A stretch of DNA of 35,878 bases from positions 1 to 35,878 of the forward strand of contig JAGGZA010000001.1 in the NCBI GenBank assembly GCA_021162265.1. Direction: 5' to 3'. The translations under genes were made by a program, and so were the position numbers. Each line of letters begins with the position of its first letter. The first letter of the stretch is position 1. Positions 9,922 to 19,280 of this stretch are shown in pieces. The notes below the pieces were generated by a model, which was not told where the DNA came from, did not search any database, and saw only the letters and a list, made by a program, of their open reading frames with translations. The stretch is from Candidatus Aerophobota bacterium. GTDB taxonomy: Bacteria; Aerophobota; Aerophobia; Aerophobales; B3-G15.

Positions 9922-10106
9922 TTCTTACTCCTCTTTTCTTTTAATAAAACATTTTCTTCTCCCGATTACTTTTATTAAACACATCATCACCTCCTTCATT
10001 TGTTTTTACACTTTCCCAAAATATCTCCTTGAGCCAATTAAACAAATTTCCACTCATCCGGTACAATAAAATTACAAGCCCAGAAGGTTTAATTGAGGAA
10101 AGAATC

Positions 10107-11492
10107 TTATTCTGGGACTATCCTCTTTATCTGGCTCATCTCACAAAAGTATCCTAATTCTTCTCTTATCTGAGCATAGGTTAGTACTAAATGATGCTCA
10201 AAACCTTCTCCTGTCATAATATCAACCATCTCTGAAGCATCACAGTTAAACTTAACAAAGAAATTAGATAAACCTGGAAAAATCTGCTGAGGAGAAATTG
10301 CCTCTCCTTCTAAAATAAGTAAACTCATCTTCCCGTAGAGAGGATTAGCTGTTATCTTAGAAGCTGTTATTAAACCCTCCTTTCCAGCACCCTGGACAGC
10401 CACACCAGAGGTTTGCTTACCCTGGAATAAACCCATGCTTGTACCTGCTGGTACTAAGGAAATATTCTTTTTATTGGCAAAAGAAAAAGGCATAGCTCCC
10501 TCATGGAATAGAAAAGAGATTCCTGTATGAGTATCTATCGAGCCAAAATCTACCTCATAATTAGGTTGACCTCCGCACAGGCTTTGAATCAAAGAGGTTA
10601 TAGTACTGGAAACATCTGATTCCTGGGTCACGCATACACCTTCTTCAGATAACAAAGAGGCAGCTAAACAAATAGTCATTCCCTCTGCTCCCAATTCAGG
10701 CCATTCACGAATAGCAATACCATCCAGATTATACTTTTGTATTATGGACTTTAAGGCTAAATAGCTCCTTATGGCTTTTTCTAACTCTTCCTCACTCACC
10801 TTCACCTCGCCTACCTTATTCCTTATCTCGCCAACCATTTTAGTGGCCTCTGAAGTGCTCACTTTATTAAATAGAGAGACGAGCTCCAGCGTATCCAGAT
10901 GTAAAATGTTGGGTACCAATCTTCGCATAGAATACTCATCTATAGCGGTAACTACCATACCTGTGTTAGGAGCACCCACCTGAGCCACTACGGCTCTTTT
11001 TATCTCTTTAACTGCCACAGATGCTTTAGCTATCTTTATTAGCTTAACAAGGTCTTCTTTCCTGCTATTACCATCTCCTATAATTTTGAAAAATTTCTTC
11101 TTCAGATGGAGCAAATGACTGTTAGCTACCAGAGTCCCAAGCATAGGAGCCAGTGTGTCCGGAGAGCTACTTAAAGTCCATACTACTATTGGACAAAAGT
11201 CAATCTCGCAAGCTGCAATATCAATAAGCTCCTCCTGAAAGTATTCGGGCAAAAACAGCACAGCTACATCCACATTTTTTTCTTTCAGCATCTTTACCGC
11301 AGCAATGACCTGTGAAGAGGTATCCAATACATAACCCGGAGCAACAATATCCAGAGGCAATCTCTCTAAATCTTTCAGCGTATTTTCCCGTAGCTCATCC
11401 ATTTTGAAGAGGATCTTAAAATATGGATGCCCAATCACAAGGAAGCCAACTTTTGGTTCTCGCCTTTCTATCAATTTATCCTCCTTTCTCAT
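10107..11492 (-). CDS. L-fucose/L-arabinose isomerase-like family protein
   Basis: 461 aa. The N-terminal KVGFLVIGHPYF block, the central ...VVAQVGAPNTGMVVTAIDE... region and the overall length resemble FucI/AraA-like sugar isomerases. Recognised from memory, so moderate confidence. An in-frame stop lies immediately upstream of the ATG. Confidence 0.5.
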   Translation of the reverse strand: MRKEDKLIERREPKVGFLVIGHPYFKILFKMDELRENTLKDLERLPLDIVAPGYVLDTSSQVIAAVKMLKEKNVDVAVLFLPEYFQEELIDIAACEIDFCPIVVWTLSSSPDTLAPMLGTLVANSHLLHLKKKFFKIIGDGNSRKEDLVKLIKIAKASVAVKEIKRAVVAQVGAPNTGMVVTAIDEYSMRRLVPNILHLDTLELVSLFNKVSTSEATKMVGEIRNKVGEVKVSEEELEKAIRSYLALKSIIQKYNLDGIAIREWPELGAEGMTICLAASLLSEEGVCVTQESDVSSTITSLIQSLCGGQPNYEVDFGSIDTHTGISFLFHEGAMPFSFANKKNISLVPAGTSMGLFQGKQTSGVAVQGAGKEGLITASKITANPLYGKMSLLILEGEAISPQQIFPGLSNFFVKFNCDASEMVDIMTGEGFEHHLVLTYAQIREELGYFCEMSQIKRIVPE

Positions 11493-11512
11493 CTAAAAAA
11501 CAGGAATTGACT

Positions 11513-12403
11513 TTACGGATTAAAATCCCGCCAGGTATATTTTGGTTGATATCCTAATTCCTTTTGAGCCTTACTTATGTCAAAAAGAGCTCTGTACTTA
11601 TCAGTTATAAAACTTGTTTCATTTTTGATATACTTCACATCAGGAAAATATCTTCTTATTAACTCCAGGGACTCCACAGTAGAAAATACATCTTTAGCTC
11701 CAATATTATATATCCCATATTCCACTTTCCCCTCTTCTAAAGCTTTTAATGCCAGTGTATAAGCCTGGGGAAGGTCTCTCACATCCACATACTGCCATAT
11801 AAAATCCTTAAAGGTTAAAGGAAAGGCTTTAAATTTGTATTCGGGATTGTCTATATTCTTTCTCATCTCAATACAGTAATCTACATCAGGGAATACTACA
11901 GTAGCTAACCTAAGGCACACTGCTTTAACACCATATCTTTTATAATAAGCATAACATAGATGTTCACCTATAAGCTTTCCCAACCCATACATATCGTCAG
12001 GAAGATGGGGAATCTTCTCATCCACAGGAAAATACTCAGGAGTAAAGAGCTTGGACCAGTTTATCACTCCCCATGCACACACACTGCTGGTAAATACCAC
12101 ATTTTTGACATTATTTTGTTTTGCAGCTTCTACAACATTAAATGTCCCATCAACGTTTATCCTCATAATTTTAGCATCTTCACCTGTGTAAACAGGAATT
12201 GCTGCCAGATGAACTATACCATCAACATCCCTGGTAGCCTCAACTAAATCTTCAAGCTTGGTTATATCTCCTTTAAAAAACTCTACATCCTTTAATTCAG
12301 GTTCTTGCACATCAAAAACTTTTACTTGGTATTTCTTAACAAATTCGGATACAAGATATTTTCCTATTCTCCCTGACCCGCCTGTTACAAGAATTTTTTT
12401 CAT
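11513..12403 (-). CDS. NAD-dependent epimerase/dehydratase (extended SDR)
   Basis: 296 aa. Rossmann motif VTGGSGRIGKYL, catalytic YxxxK (YGLGK). AAGGAGG Shine-Dalgarno upstream. Confidence 0.8.
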   Translation of the reverse strand: MKKILVTGGSGRIGKYLVSEFVKKYQVKVFDVQEPELKDVEFFKGDITKLEDLVEATRDVDGIVHLAAIPVYTGEDAKIMRINVDGTFNVVEAAKQNNVKNVVFTSSVCAWGVINWSKLFTPEYFPVDEKIPHLPDDMYGLGKLIGEHLCYAYYKRYGVKAVCLRLATVVFPDVDYCIEMRKNIDNPEYKFKAFPLTFKDFIWQYVDVRDLPQAYTLALKALEEGKVEYGIYNIGAKDVFSTVESLELIRRYFPDVKYIKNETSFITDKYRALFDISKAQKELGYQPKYTWRDFNP

Positions 12404-12433
12404 GCTCTATCCTCCTTAAGTCAAACTTTTTTA

Positions 12434-13570
12434 TTATCTCATTGCTTCACTAACCACCACAGGTAAATCATATACCTTCTTGTTTGTAGAAGAACTTAAA
12501 ACTTCCTTACATAGAGGACACGCTGTAATAATCATCTCAGCGTCTTCTGGTAGATCTTTCATTCTCTCCTCTACCACCTTCTTCGTCAGATCCAGGAAAG
12601 AAGAATATACTGTTGTTCCTCCTCCACAACACCACGAATTCTCTTTGCTTCGGCGCATTTCTTTAAAAGTGATTCCTGGTATATTTTTAATAATCTCTCT
12701 CGGAGGGTCATAGACTTTTTCAAATCTTCCCAAATGGCAGGGATCATGATAAGTTACTTTTTTATTTATCGCTTTCTTTAGCTCAAGTTTTCCTTTTTTT
12801 ATCAATTCCTCAATTAACTCGCTTATATGAACTACTTTAAATGGAAGTTCTCCAACGATCTTGGGATACTCTGTTTTTAACACGTGATAGCAGCCGGCAC
12901 AAGAGGTCACTACCTGCTTTGCTCCTGAGGCTTCTATTGCCCTTACATTATGCTCCACAAGTTGCCTGCCAACATCTTCTAATCCACCGTATAGTGCTAC
13001 AATGCCACAACACTGTTCGTCCTTACCAAGATAAGCTGGCTCTATACCCCCTTTTCTTAGAATATTTATTGTAGCCTTCGCAGTCTCAGTAAATTTATAA
13101 GATGCATAACAACCAGCAAAATAGAGAACATCTCCCCTCTCTGGTAAATTTAAGGATTCTGCCCATCTTATCCCTTCTTCAGCACTTTTACCAAACACAT
13201 TATGTTTTTCTTTCACATTGGAGATAACTTTATTCAGACCTTTGGGAAGCCCGAATCCCTCTGCAATAAGATCTTCCCTCATAGCTTTTATTATTCCGGT
13301 AATATCAACTCCCAGGGTACAATGAGCTTCACAGTTACCACATAGCAAACAGGAAAACACCCTTTTTGAGACTTCAGGAGAATATTTAAGGCTTCCAGCA
13401 AGAATAGCTCTTGCAATATTCACTCTTCCCCTCGCAGTGTAGGATTCAAACCCATATGCTTCCCGAGAAGGACAAATCTTGTATGTTCCTGTCTCTTCAT
13501 AAATCATCTCTCTACAATTACCACAATTTATGCACTTACGTAACTCTTCTTCGTATTCTTTAAGTTTCAT
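12434..13570 (-). CDS. (Fe-S)-binding oxidoreductase subunit, GlcF / HdrD-like (two 4Fe-4S motifs + two CCG domains)
   Basis: 378 aa. CINCGNCREM...CP and CLLCGNCEAHC ferredoxin-type motifs. Cys-rich CCG-type blocks (YFAGCY...EQCCG, TSCAGCY, HDPCHLGR...WCCGGG). Confidence 0.8.
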   Translation of the reverse strand: MKLKEYEEELRKCINCGNCREMIYEETGTYKICPSREAYGFESYTARGRVNIARAILAGSLKYSPEVSKRVFSCLLCGNCEAHCTLGVDITGIIKAMREDLIAEGFGLPKGLNKVISNVKEKHNVFGKSAEEGIRWAESLNLPERGDVLYFAGCYASYKFTETAKATINILRKGGIEPAYLGKDEQCCGIVALYGGLEDVGRQLVEHNVRAIEASGAKQVVTSCAGCYHVLKTEYPKIVGELPFKVVHISELIEELIKKGKLELKKAINKKVTYHDPCHLGRFEKVYDPPREIIKNIPGITFKEMRRSKENSWCCGGGTTVYSSFLDLTKKVVEERMKDLPEDAEMIITACPLCKEVLSSSTNKKVYDLPVVVSEAMR

Positions 13571-13590
13571 TGATCTTTCTCCTTGTAAAC

Positions 13591-14037
13591 TTAAAATAGA
13601 ACAGACGGATTTAAAATATTTTTCGGGTCTATTGCCTTTTTAAGAAACTCCATGAGCTCGGCATACTCTCCCAGTTTAGGCATTACCACTGGAGCACGAA
13701 TTTGACCTAAATAATGAGGTGTATGACCAGCATCTACAAGACGACCAAAAAGTTCGGTTAAGAGCTCCCTAACCTTATCTTTAATCCCCTGCCTCTTAGG
13801 GTCAAAATAAATAAGAGGAGAACAAATCACTGCGGTTTCGCAAGCCCAGGCTTGAAAAACTACATCAATATCGTACTTTTCTAACTCAAATGATTCAGTA
13901 AAGTCCTTCACTACCTTATACAGTTTGGGTATATCCAGGGTTCGGGCACAGGAACAACCAGGATGCATATTTACTACCTTCCGAGGATTAGGAGGAGCCT
14001 CATTACCAAATAACCAGGGGGTATTAAACTGCATCAT
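13591..14037 (-). CDS. FAD-linked oxidase C-terminal fragment (GlcD-like); downstream half of a frameshifted gene
   Basis: 148 aa ending ...AIDPKNILNPSVLF, the typical C-terminus of FAD-linked oxidases. This frame stays open upstream to 14208 and there encodes ...VRDRLERIKQICKENGGSEV..., which continues the upstream fragment. Confidence 0.7.
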   Translation of the reverse strand: MMQFNTPWLFGNEAPPNPRKVVNMHPGCSCARTLDIPKLYKVVKDFTESFELEKYDIDVVFQAWACETAVICSPLIYFDPKRQGIKDKVRELLTELFGRLVDAGHTPHYLGQIRAPVVMPKLGEYAELMEFLKKAIDPKNILNPSVLF

Positions 14038-14098
14038 TCTTAAAACCTCTTTATCCTCTTCCAGTTTATTGGAAGGTACTTCTGACCCTCCATTTTCC

Positions 14099-14995
14099 TT
14101 ACATATCTGTTTTATTCTCTCTAATCTGTCTCTTACCCTCCTTTGTTCCTTCCACAGATATAGGGGAAAGTATGGACTCTTCTGGTTTATAGGAAGGATC
14201 GTTGATACCTAATTTTAAGTAAGCAGCAGTTATCGGGATTCGTCTTTTCTGAATCTCATAAAGTGCCCTTGTACCCGAATCCAAATTTTTGAAGACATAT
14301 CCAGCAAATCCTTTTTCTTCTGGGAGAGGATAGAGCTTCAACGTAACTTCAGTAATTACCCCAAAGATTCCATGAGAACCAATAAATAATCCAGTAAGGT
14401 CACTGGCCCAGGCATAACGGTAAAAATTCTTTGCACGTGGATTAGCTCCTGACCCAGTCCTTAAAATTTTTCCGTTCGGCAATACAACCTGTAACCCAAC
14501 AACCTGATTTCCTACCAATCCATATTTAGCTGCGGTTATTGCATTACCGCACAATGCCACTGAACCTCCTACACTTGCTGCTGTTCCAGAATGTAAAAAA
14601 GGTCCTGTAGTCCATCCTTCTTTTTCAAGTTCAAATACCAATTTTCCCCAGGTAATTCCAGCTTGAGTAGTTACAGTCATTGATTCTTCATCTATCTCTA
14701 ATATCTTGTTTAAACGTGTTAAATCAAGGAGAATTGCTTTCTTTGATGTATGAGCACCTACAACATTAGTTCCCCCTCCCCAAAAGGTAATTGGAATCTC
14801 CCTCTGGTTAGCAAATTTAATCAGCTCACTCACTTCCTCAGCACTTCCTGGTCTTACAACTGCAACAGGTTTTACCTCCACCAGCAAATCTGCATCTATT
14901 CCATATGCTATTAATTCGCATTCATCATCTGATACATTATCATACCCCACAATTTCACGTAACTTATTTAAATCGTTTTTATCCATCACACCCAC
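14099..14995 (-). CDS. FAD-binding PCMH-type oxidase N-terminal fragment (GlcD-like); upstream half of a frameshifted gene
   Basis: 298 aa. FAD-binding domain pattern (VVRPGSAEEVSELIKFANQREIPITFWGGGTNVVG). The ORF-track start is GTG at 14995. An ATG at 14986 with a GGTGG Shine-Dalgarno is an alternative start. Terminates prematurely at 14099. Confidence 0.75.
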   Translation of the reverse strand: MGVMDKNDLNKLREIVGYDNVSDDECELIAYGIDADLLVEVKPVAVVRPGSAEEVSELIKFANQREIPITFWGGGTNVVGAHTSKKAILLDLTRLNKILEIDEESMTVTTQAGITWGKLVFELEKEGWTTGPFLHSGTAASVGGSVALCGNAITAAKYGLVGNQVVGLQVVLPNGKILRTGSGANPRAKNFYRYAWASDLTGLFIGSHGIFGVITEVTLKLYPLPEEKGFAGYVFKNLDSGTRALYEIQKRRIPITAAYLKLGINDPSYKPEESILSPISVEGTKEGKRQIRENKTDM

Positions 14996-15075
14996 CTTTT
15001 ATTTAATTAGTAATGACCCGCTTCACCAATAACTTTGTTAGTTGTAATATAATTAATCTCTTTCTTATAACATCA

Positions 15076-17064
15076 TCACCTAATTGAGCGGGTAATATGA
15101 TAGGCATCCCAAATCGCCTGCATTATTTTCCTTGGACTTTTGCAATCACCCACTGCATAAATTTCCATCTCTGGAAACCTGGACTCTAAATCCCTGTAAA
15201 GATCATCTACAGCAGATAAACCACATGCTAAAATTAAATTATCGTATGGAAGCTCACTCTTCGTAGAATCTTTTTTATCAGTTACCTCAACATAATCATC
15301 TGTTACCCTGCAAATTTCTGCATTCACTTTTATTTCCACATTATGAAAAGCCAATAAATCCAGAAGCATCTCCTTGTTGGACCAGACTCCATCCATACCC
15401 ACTTCTGGCAGCATTTCTGCCACTGTGACTTTCTTCCCCTTTTTAGCTAACCAAAGAGCAGTCTCTAATCCAATCATGCCACCTCCCATAACAACTATCT
15501 CTTCGCCAATCTCTCCATCATTTAACAGAATATCAGTAGCACACACTACTTTAGAATTATCAATTCCTGGTATCTCAGGAATAAGGGGAACAGAACCAGT
15601 AGCAATAATAACTACATCTGGGCGTTCATTTTTAACCAAACTTGCCGTTACCTCTGTATTCATCTTTACCGGTATGTTTAATTTACTGATCTGGGTTTTA
15701 TACCATTCCAATAACCTGGCTATATCTTTTTTAAAATCAGGAACTGAAGCCTCTCTTAAATGTCCACCTAACTCATTGCCTTTTTCGTAAAGTATAACTT
15801 GATGACCTCTAATGCAGGCAACTCTGGCTGCCTCCATCCCAGCCACACCACCTCCAACTACGAGTATCTTTTTAGGACGGGAGGCTGGTTCCAGTCTATA
15901 ATAAAGTTCTCCTCCTGCTTGAGGATTAACTGCACAGCTTATAGGTTTTCCCAGTATTATCCTCATCAGACAACCTTCATGACAACCAATACATGGACGG
16001 ATATCCTCCTCTTTTTCTTCCTTTACTTTCTTCGGCCAGTAGGGATCAGCTAAAAGAGCCCGTCCTAAGGCAATCATATCCGCTTTACCTTCTTTAAGAA
16101 TCTCTTCAGCTAAATCAGGAATGTCTAATCTTCCCACAGCAACCACTGGCACTGTAACCACTTTTTTAGCCTGTTCAGCAAACTCCACCAGGCAACCATG
16201 TGGCTGGTACATAGGAGGATGAACCCAATAATTACTGTCATAACAACCTGCATCAACATCTAAAGCATCAAATCCAATCTCTTCCAGCAATTTAGTAAGC
16301 TCAATTCCTTCTTCTATATCCCGACCTGCTTCCTGAAATCGTTCCTCCTTTAACCCTGATTTTCGAAGAGCCTTCATATAATGCTTGAGTCCGTACTTAT
16401 ACATTACGGGAAAATCATTCCCTGCTGCAGCTCTAATTGATTCAAGAATTTCTCTTGCAAATGTGAGTCTTCCTCTGAGGTCACCACCGTATCGATCAGT
16501 ACGCCTATTCCATAAGGCTGTCTGGAACTCATCTAAAAGGTATCCTTCATGACCATTTAATTCCACTCCATCTACTCCAGCAGCTTTTAATAACCCGGCA
16601 GCGGCCCCAAAAGCCTCCACTATCTTCTTTATTTCTTCCTCTGTCAGTGCTCTGGCCTTCACTCCATCTATCCAGAAGGATGGAACTTCAGATGCTGATA
16701 CTATACTTTGCTCTGGGCTATTTCTTCCATCACCTGCAGTTAGCTGTACAAACAGTTTTGCTCCATAATAATGAACAATCTCGGCTAATTCCCCTAATCG
16801 GGGAACAATATGAGGGGTGATTAACATTCTTCCGCCATGCCCAACTATTTCATGCTCAACTTCGTTCTCCACTTTTGCCACACCGGTAATTATTAAACCG
16901 GCTCCTCCTCTTGCTCTCTCTGCATAATACTCCACTCCTCGCTGGGTAAGAGCACCATCAGACGCTACCAGGCCTTCGGTAGCTAAAGGAGCAAAGGCTA
17001 TCCTATTTTTTATCTCCACTGATCCTATCTTTATCGGCTTAAACAAATTCTTGTACTTAGCCAT
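15076..17064 (-). CDS. OYE-type FMN oxidoreductase fused to FAD/NAD(P)-binding domain (2-enoate reductase / 2,4-dienoyl-CoA reductase family)
   Basis: N-terminal LFKPIKIGSVEIKNRIAFAPL OYE signature. Cys cluster RPCIGCHEGC...C for 4Fe-4S. Dinucleotide fold ILVVGGGVAGMEAA. I prefer the ATG at 17064 (MAKYKNLF) because AAGGAGG lies 9 nt upstream. The ORF track starts 8 codons earlier, at 17088. Confidence 0.85.
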   Translation of the reverse strand: MAKYKNLFKPIKIGSVEIKNRIAFAPLATEGLVASDGALTQRGVEYYAERARGGAGLIITGVAKVENEVEHEIVGHGGRMLITPHIVPRLGELAEIVHYYGAKLFVQLTAGDGRNSPEQSIVSASEVPSFWIDGVKARALTEEEIKKIVEAFGAAAGLLKAAGVDGVELNGHEGYLLDEFQTALWNRRTDRYGGDLRGRLTFAREILESIRAAAGNDFPVMYKYGLKHYMKALRKSGLKEERFQEAGRDIEEGIELTKLLEEIGFDALDVDAGCYDSNYWVHPPMYQPHGCLVEFAEQAKKVVTVPVVAVGRLDIPDLAEEILKEGKADMIALGRALLADPYWPKKVKEEKEEDIRPCIGCHEGCLMRIILGKPISCAVNPQAGGELYYRLEPASRPKKILVVGGGVAGMEAARVACIRGHQVILYEKGNELGGHLREASVPDFKKDIARLLEWYKTQISKLNIPVKMNTEVTASLVKNERPDVVIIATGSVPLIPEIPGIDNSKVVCATDILLNDGEIGEEIVVMGGGMIGLETALWLAKKGKKVTVAEMLPEVGMDGVWSNKEMLLDLLAFHNVEIKVNAEICRVTDDYVEVTDKKDSTKSELPYDNLILACGLSAVDDLYRDLESRFPEMEIYAVGDCKSPRKIMQAIWDAYHITRSIR

Positions 17065-17117
17065 TCCTGGTTCCTCCTTGTTTGACAAACAACTTACTTT
17101 AACCTATTCCGATAAAA

Positions 17118-17951
17118 TTATCCTTTAATGGTATAATTTTTAAATCCTTTAACTGCCTCGACGACAGCTTTCTCTACAGGGATTCTTTCGACACTTGAGG
17201 CTCCAACGAAACCCTGCGCCCGTGTGTTTTCGTATAGATAACTTAAATTTTCAGGAACATCAAAAGGACCACCATGGGCAAGACATATTATATCGGGATT
17301 AACTTTCCTAACAGCATCAATCATTTCTTCCACTAACTTGCCAGCTTCTTCAAAAGGAACTGCCTTGAAACCTGTCATACCTCCTGCAGTTCCTCCACAA
17401 TGAACTATGAGACAATCAAGTCCTGCCTTGGCCATCTCAACTGCTTCATCAGTTCTAAAAGCATAAGCCATCGTGAATATATCCTTTTGATTTGCAGTTC
17501 TTATCAACTCTACTTCCCTGCCCATTCCTAAATTAACTGCCTCGTAAAGTTCTCGCCAGAGGGTACCTGGCTCATGGAAACCCATCGTAGGAAAATTTAT
17601 AATTCCTGAGTAACCTACAGCCATAAACTTATCTATAAGATAATCTAAGTCCCAATATCGAGGATCACATGCCTGAATTCCTGCTATAATAGGGGTATCC
17701 TGTACTACATTGAGAATTTCTTCAGCCATGCTAATGGTTATATTATTTGAATCTCCAAGAATAGTAGTAGGAAGACCTTTTAACCTGGATAATCCAGTGC
17801 TGTATACTATTATGAGGTCGGCTCCTCCCTTTTCCGCACATTTTGCTATTAAACCACAACTACTACCTGCTCCAACAATAGGAATTTTTTTGGCAATATT
17901 TTCTCTTAGTCTGCTTATAATCTCATCTCGCTTAAAAATTTTTCTCCCCAT
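17118..17951 (-). CDS. Phosphoenolpyruvate-hydrolase-like TIM-barrel protein (PF09370 family; C-terminal half of Tm-1-like proteins)
   Basis: 277 aa. IPIVGAGSSCGLIAKCAEKGGADLIIVY, INFPTMG, HCGGTAGG, LAHGGP and GASSVERIPVE match the conserved blocks of this family as I recall them. AAAGGAGG Shine-Dalgarno upstream. Confidence 0.7.
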   Translation of the reverse strand: MGRKIFKRDEIISRLRENIAKKIPIVGAGSSCGLIAKCAEKGGADLIIVYSTGLSRLKGLPTTILGDSNNITISMAEEILNVVQDTPIIAGIQACDPRYWDLDYLIDKFMAVGYSGIINFPTMGFHEPGTLWRELYEAVNLGMGREVELIRTANQKDIFTMAYAFRTDEAVEMAKAGLDCLIVHCGGTAGGMTGFKAVPFEEAGKLVEEMIDAVRKVNPDIICLAHGGPFDVPENLSYLYENTRAQGFVGASSVERIPVEKAVVEAVKGFKNYTIKG

Positions 17952-17989
17952 TTTTTCCTCCTTTATTTTTAATTAATTTTGCATTCCTC

Positions 17990-19207
17990 TCATTTCTTTA
18001 CAGGAATCATCTTTTTTAAAAATTCAGCCATTTTCAAAGCAAATTCGGGATCATTAATGTGATTATCACATTTTACCAGCTCTACCTTAGAAGAAAGATG
18101 CTTCTCGAGTGATTGAATAAACGCCTTATCTGCTTCAGGATCATAAAATACCTTTCCTTCCGCATCCACAGAAGAGAATCCTCTCAAAGGAACAAAAAAT
18201 GCTACAGGACCTTTAGCCTTATTCAATTTTTCTGCAATAACTTTAGCTGCCTCTTCATTCTCTTCTCTTGTGGTTCTCATAAGGGTAACCATGGGATTAT
18301 GCTGATATAGTTTCCTCTTTTTAAATTTCTCCGGTATAGAACCTGCCCAAAAATTAACAAAATCTATTCCTCCGCAGGAAACTACCTGGGGGATGCCTTT
18401 TTCGCCAGCTGCCTCCAGACGAGTAGGCCCGGCATCGCAAACACCACCAACTAATCTATTTATTATCTCTACAGTAGTGACATCCAGAACCCCATCTATT
18501 AAACCATCCTGGATAGCTCCCTCCATTGCTCTCCCTCCACTACCTATGGCGTGAAAAACAACCACTTCGTAACCACTTTCTTCAAACTTCTCTCTGGCTT
18601 TGCTTACGCAGGGAGTAGTAACTCCCATCATGGTAGCTGCAATAAGAGGCTTTTCTAACAGCTTTTCTTCAAGTTTTCCACTCTTAACCATTCCAGCCAT
18701 AGCTGCAGCAGCATTACTAAATATTGTTCGAGAAATTCTATTTAATCCTGATATATCTGTAACCGAATACATCATGCTTATATCCTTTTCTCCTACAAAT
18801 CTACTCGTTTCTCCAGAAGCTACAGTAGAAACTATTAACTTAGGAACACCTATAGGAACTGCTTTCATAGCTGAAGAAGCCAGTCCGGTACCAGCTGATC
18901 CTCCCATGCCCATTATTCCTCCTATTTTGCCCTCAGAATATAGACGCTTAGCTAATGCAGCTACTCCTCTCATCATAGTCTCTACAGCTTTGCCTCGATC
19001 CCCTTTTGATTTCAACTCTTCAAGCTCGCCACCTCCTGCTTTAGCTACCTCTTCTCTCGATATATCAGGCTTAAAGAAGGGTTTCCCCACTATTCCAGCA
19101 TCTACAACTATCGTATCTACCCCTCTTTTCTCTAATTCCTCCTTAAGAAACTTGAATTCTTGTCCCTTTGTATCTAAAGTCCCTATTAACAGAACTTTGT
19201 CAGCCAT
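17990..19207 (-). CDS. UPF0261 family protein (Tm-1-like ATP-binding domain)
   Basis: VLLIGTLDTKGQEFKFLKEELEKRGVDTIVVD is the hallmark N-terminus of UPF0261. I prefer the ATG at 19207 (MADKVLLIG) because AAGGAGGTG lies 6 nt upstream. The ORF track starts at GTG 19216. Confidence 0.72.
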   Translation of the reverse strand: MADKVLLIGTLDTKGQEFKFLKEELEKRGVDTIVVDAGIVGKPFFKPDISREEVAKAGGGELEELKSKGDRGKAVETMMRGVAALAKRLYSEGKIGGIMGMGGSAGTGLASSAMKAVPIGVPKLIVSTVASGETSRFVGEKDISMMYSVTDISGLNRISRTIFSNAAAAMAGMVKSGKLEEKLLEKPLIAATMMGVTTPCVSKAREKFEESGYEVVVFHAIGSGGRAMEGAIQDGLIDGVLDVTTVEIINRLVGGVCDAGPTRLEAAGEKGIPQVVSCGGIDFVNFWAGSIPEKFKKRKLYQHNPMVTLMRTTREENEEAAKVIAEKLNKAKGPVAFFVPLRGFSSVDAEGKVFYDPEADKAFIQSLEKHLSSKVELVKCDNHINDPEFALKMAEFLKKMIPVKK

Positions 19208-19280
19208 AAGCTTCACCTCCTTCAGTACTTTCTCCCCCGCTCAACAATTTATTTATAGACCATTTAAAACTGACATTGTT

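Noticed and set aside
14099-14211. Programmed +1 ribosomal frameshift or recoding in the GlcD-like gene.
   Set aside because: I see no known shift-prone heptamer or stimulatory stop-codon context. A one-base error or mutation in a short G/C run is the simpler explanation.
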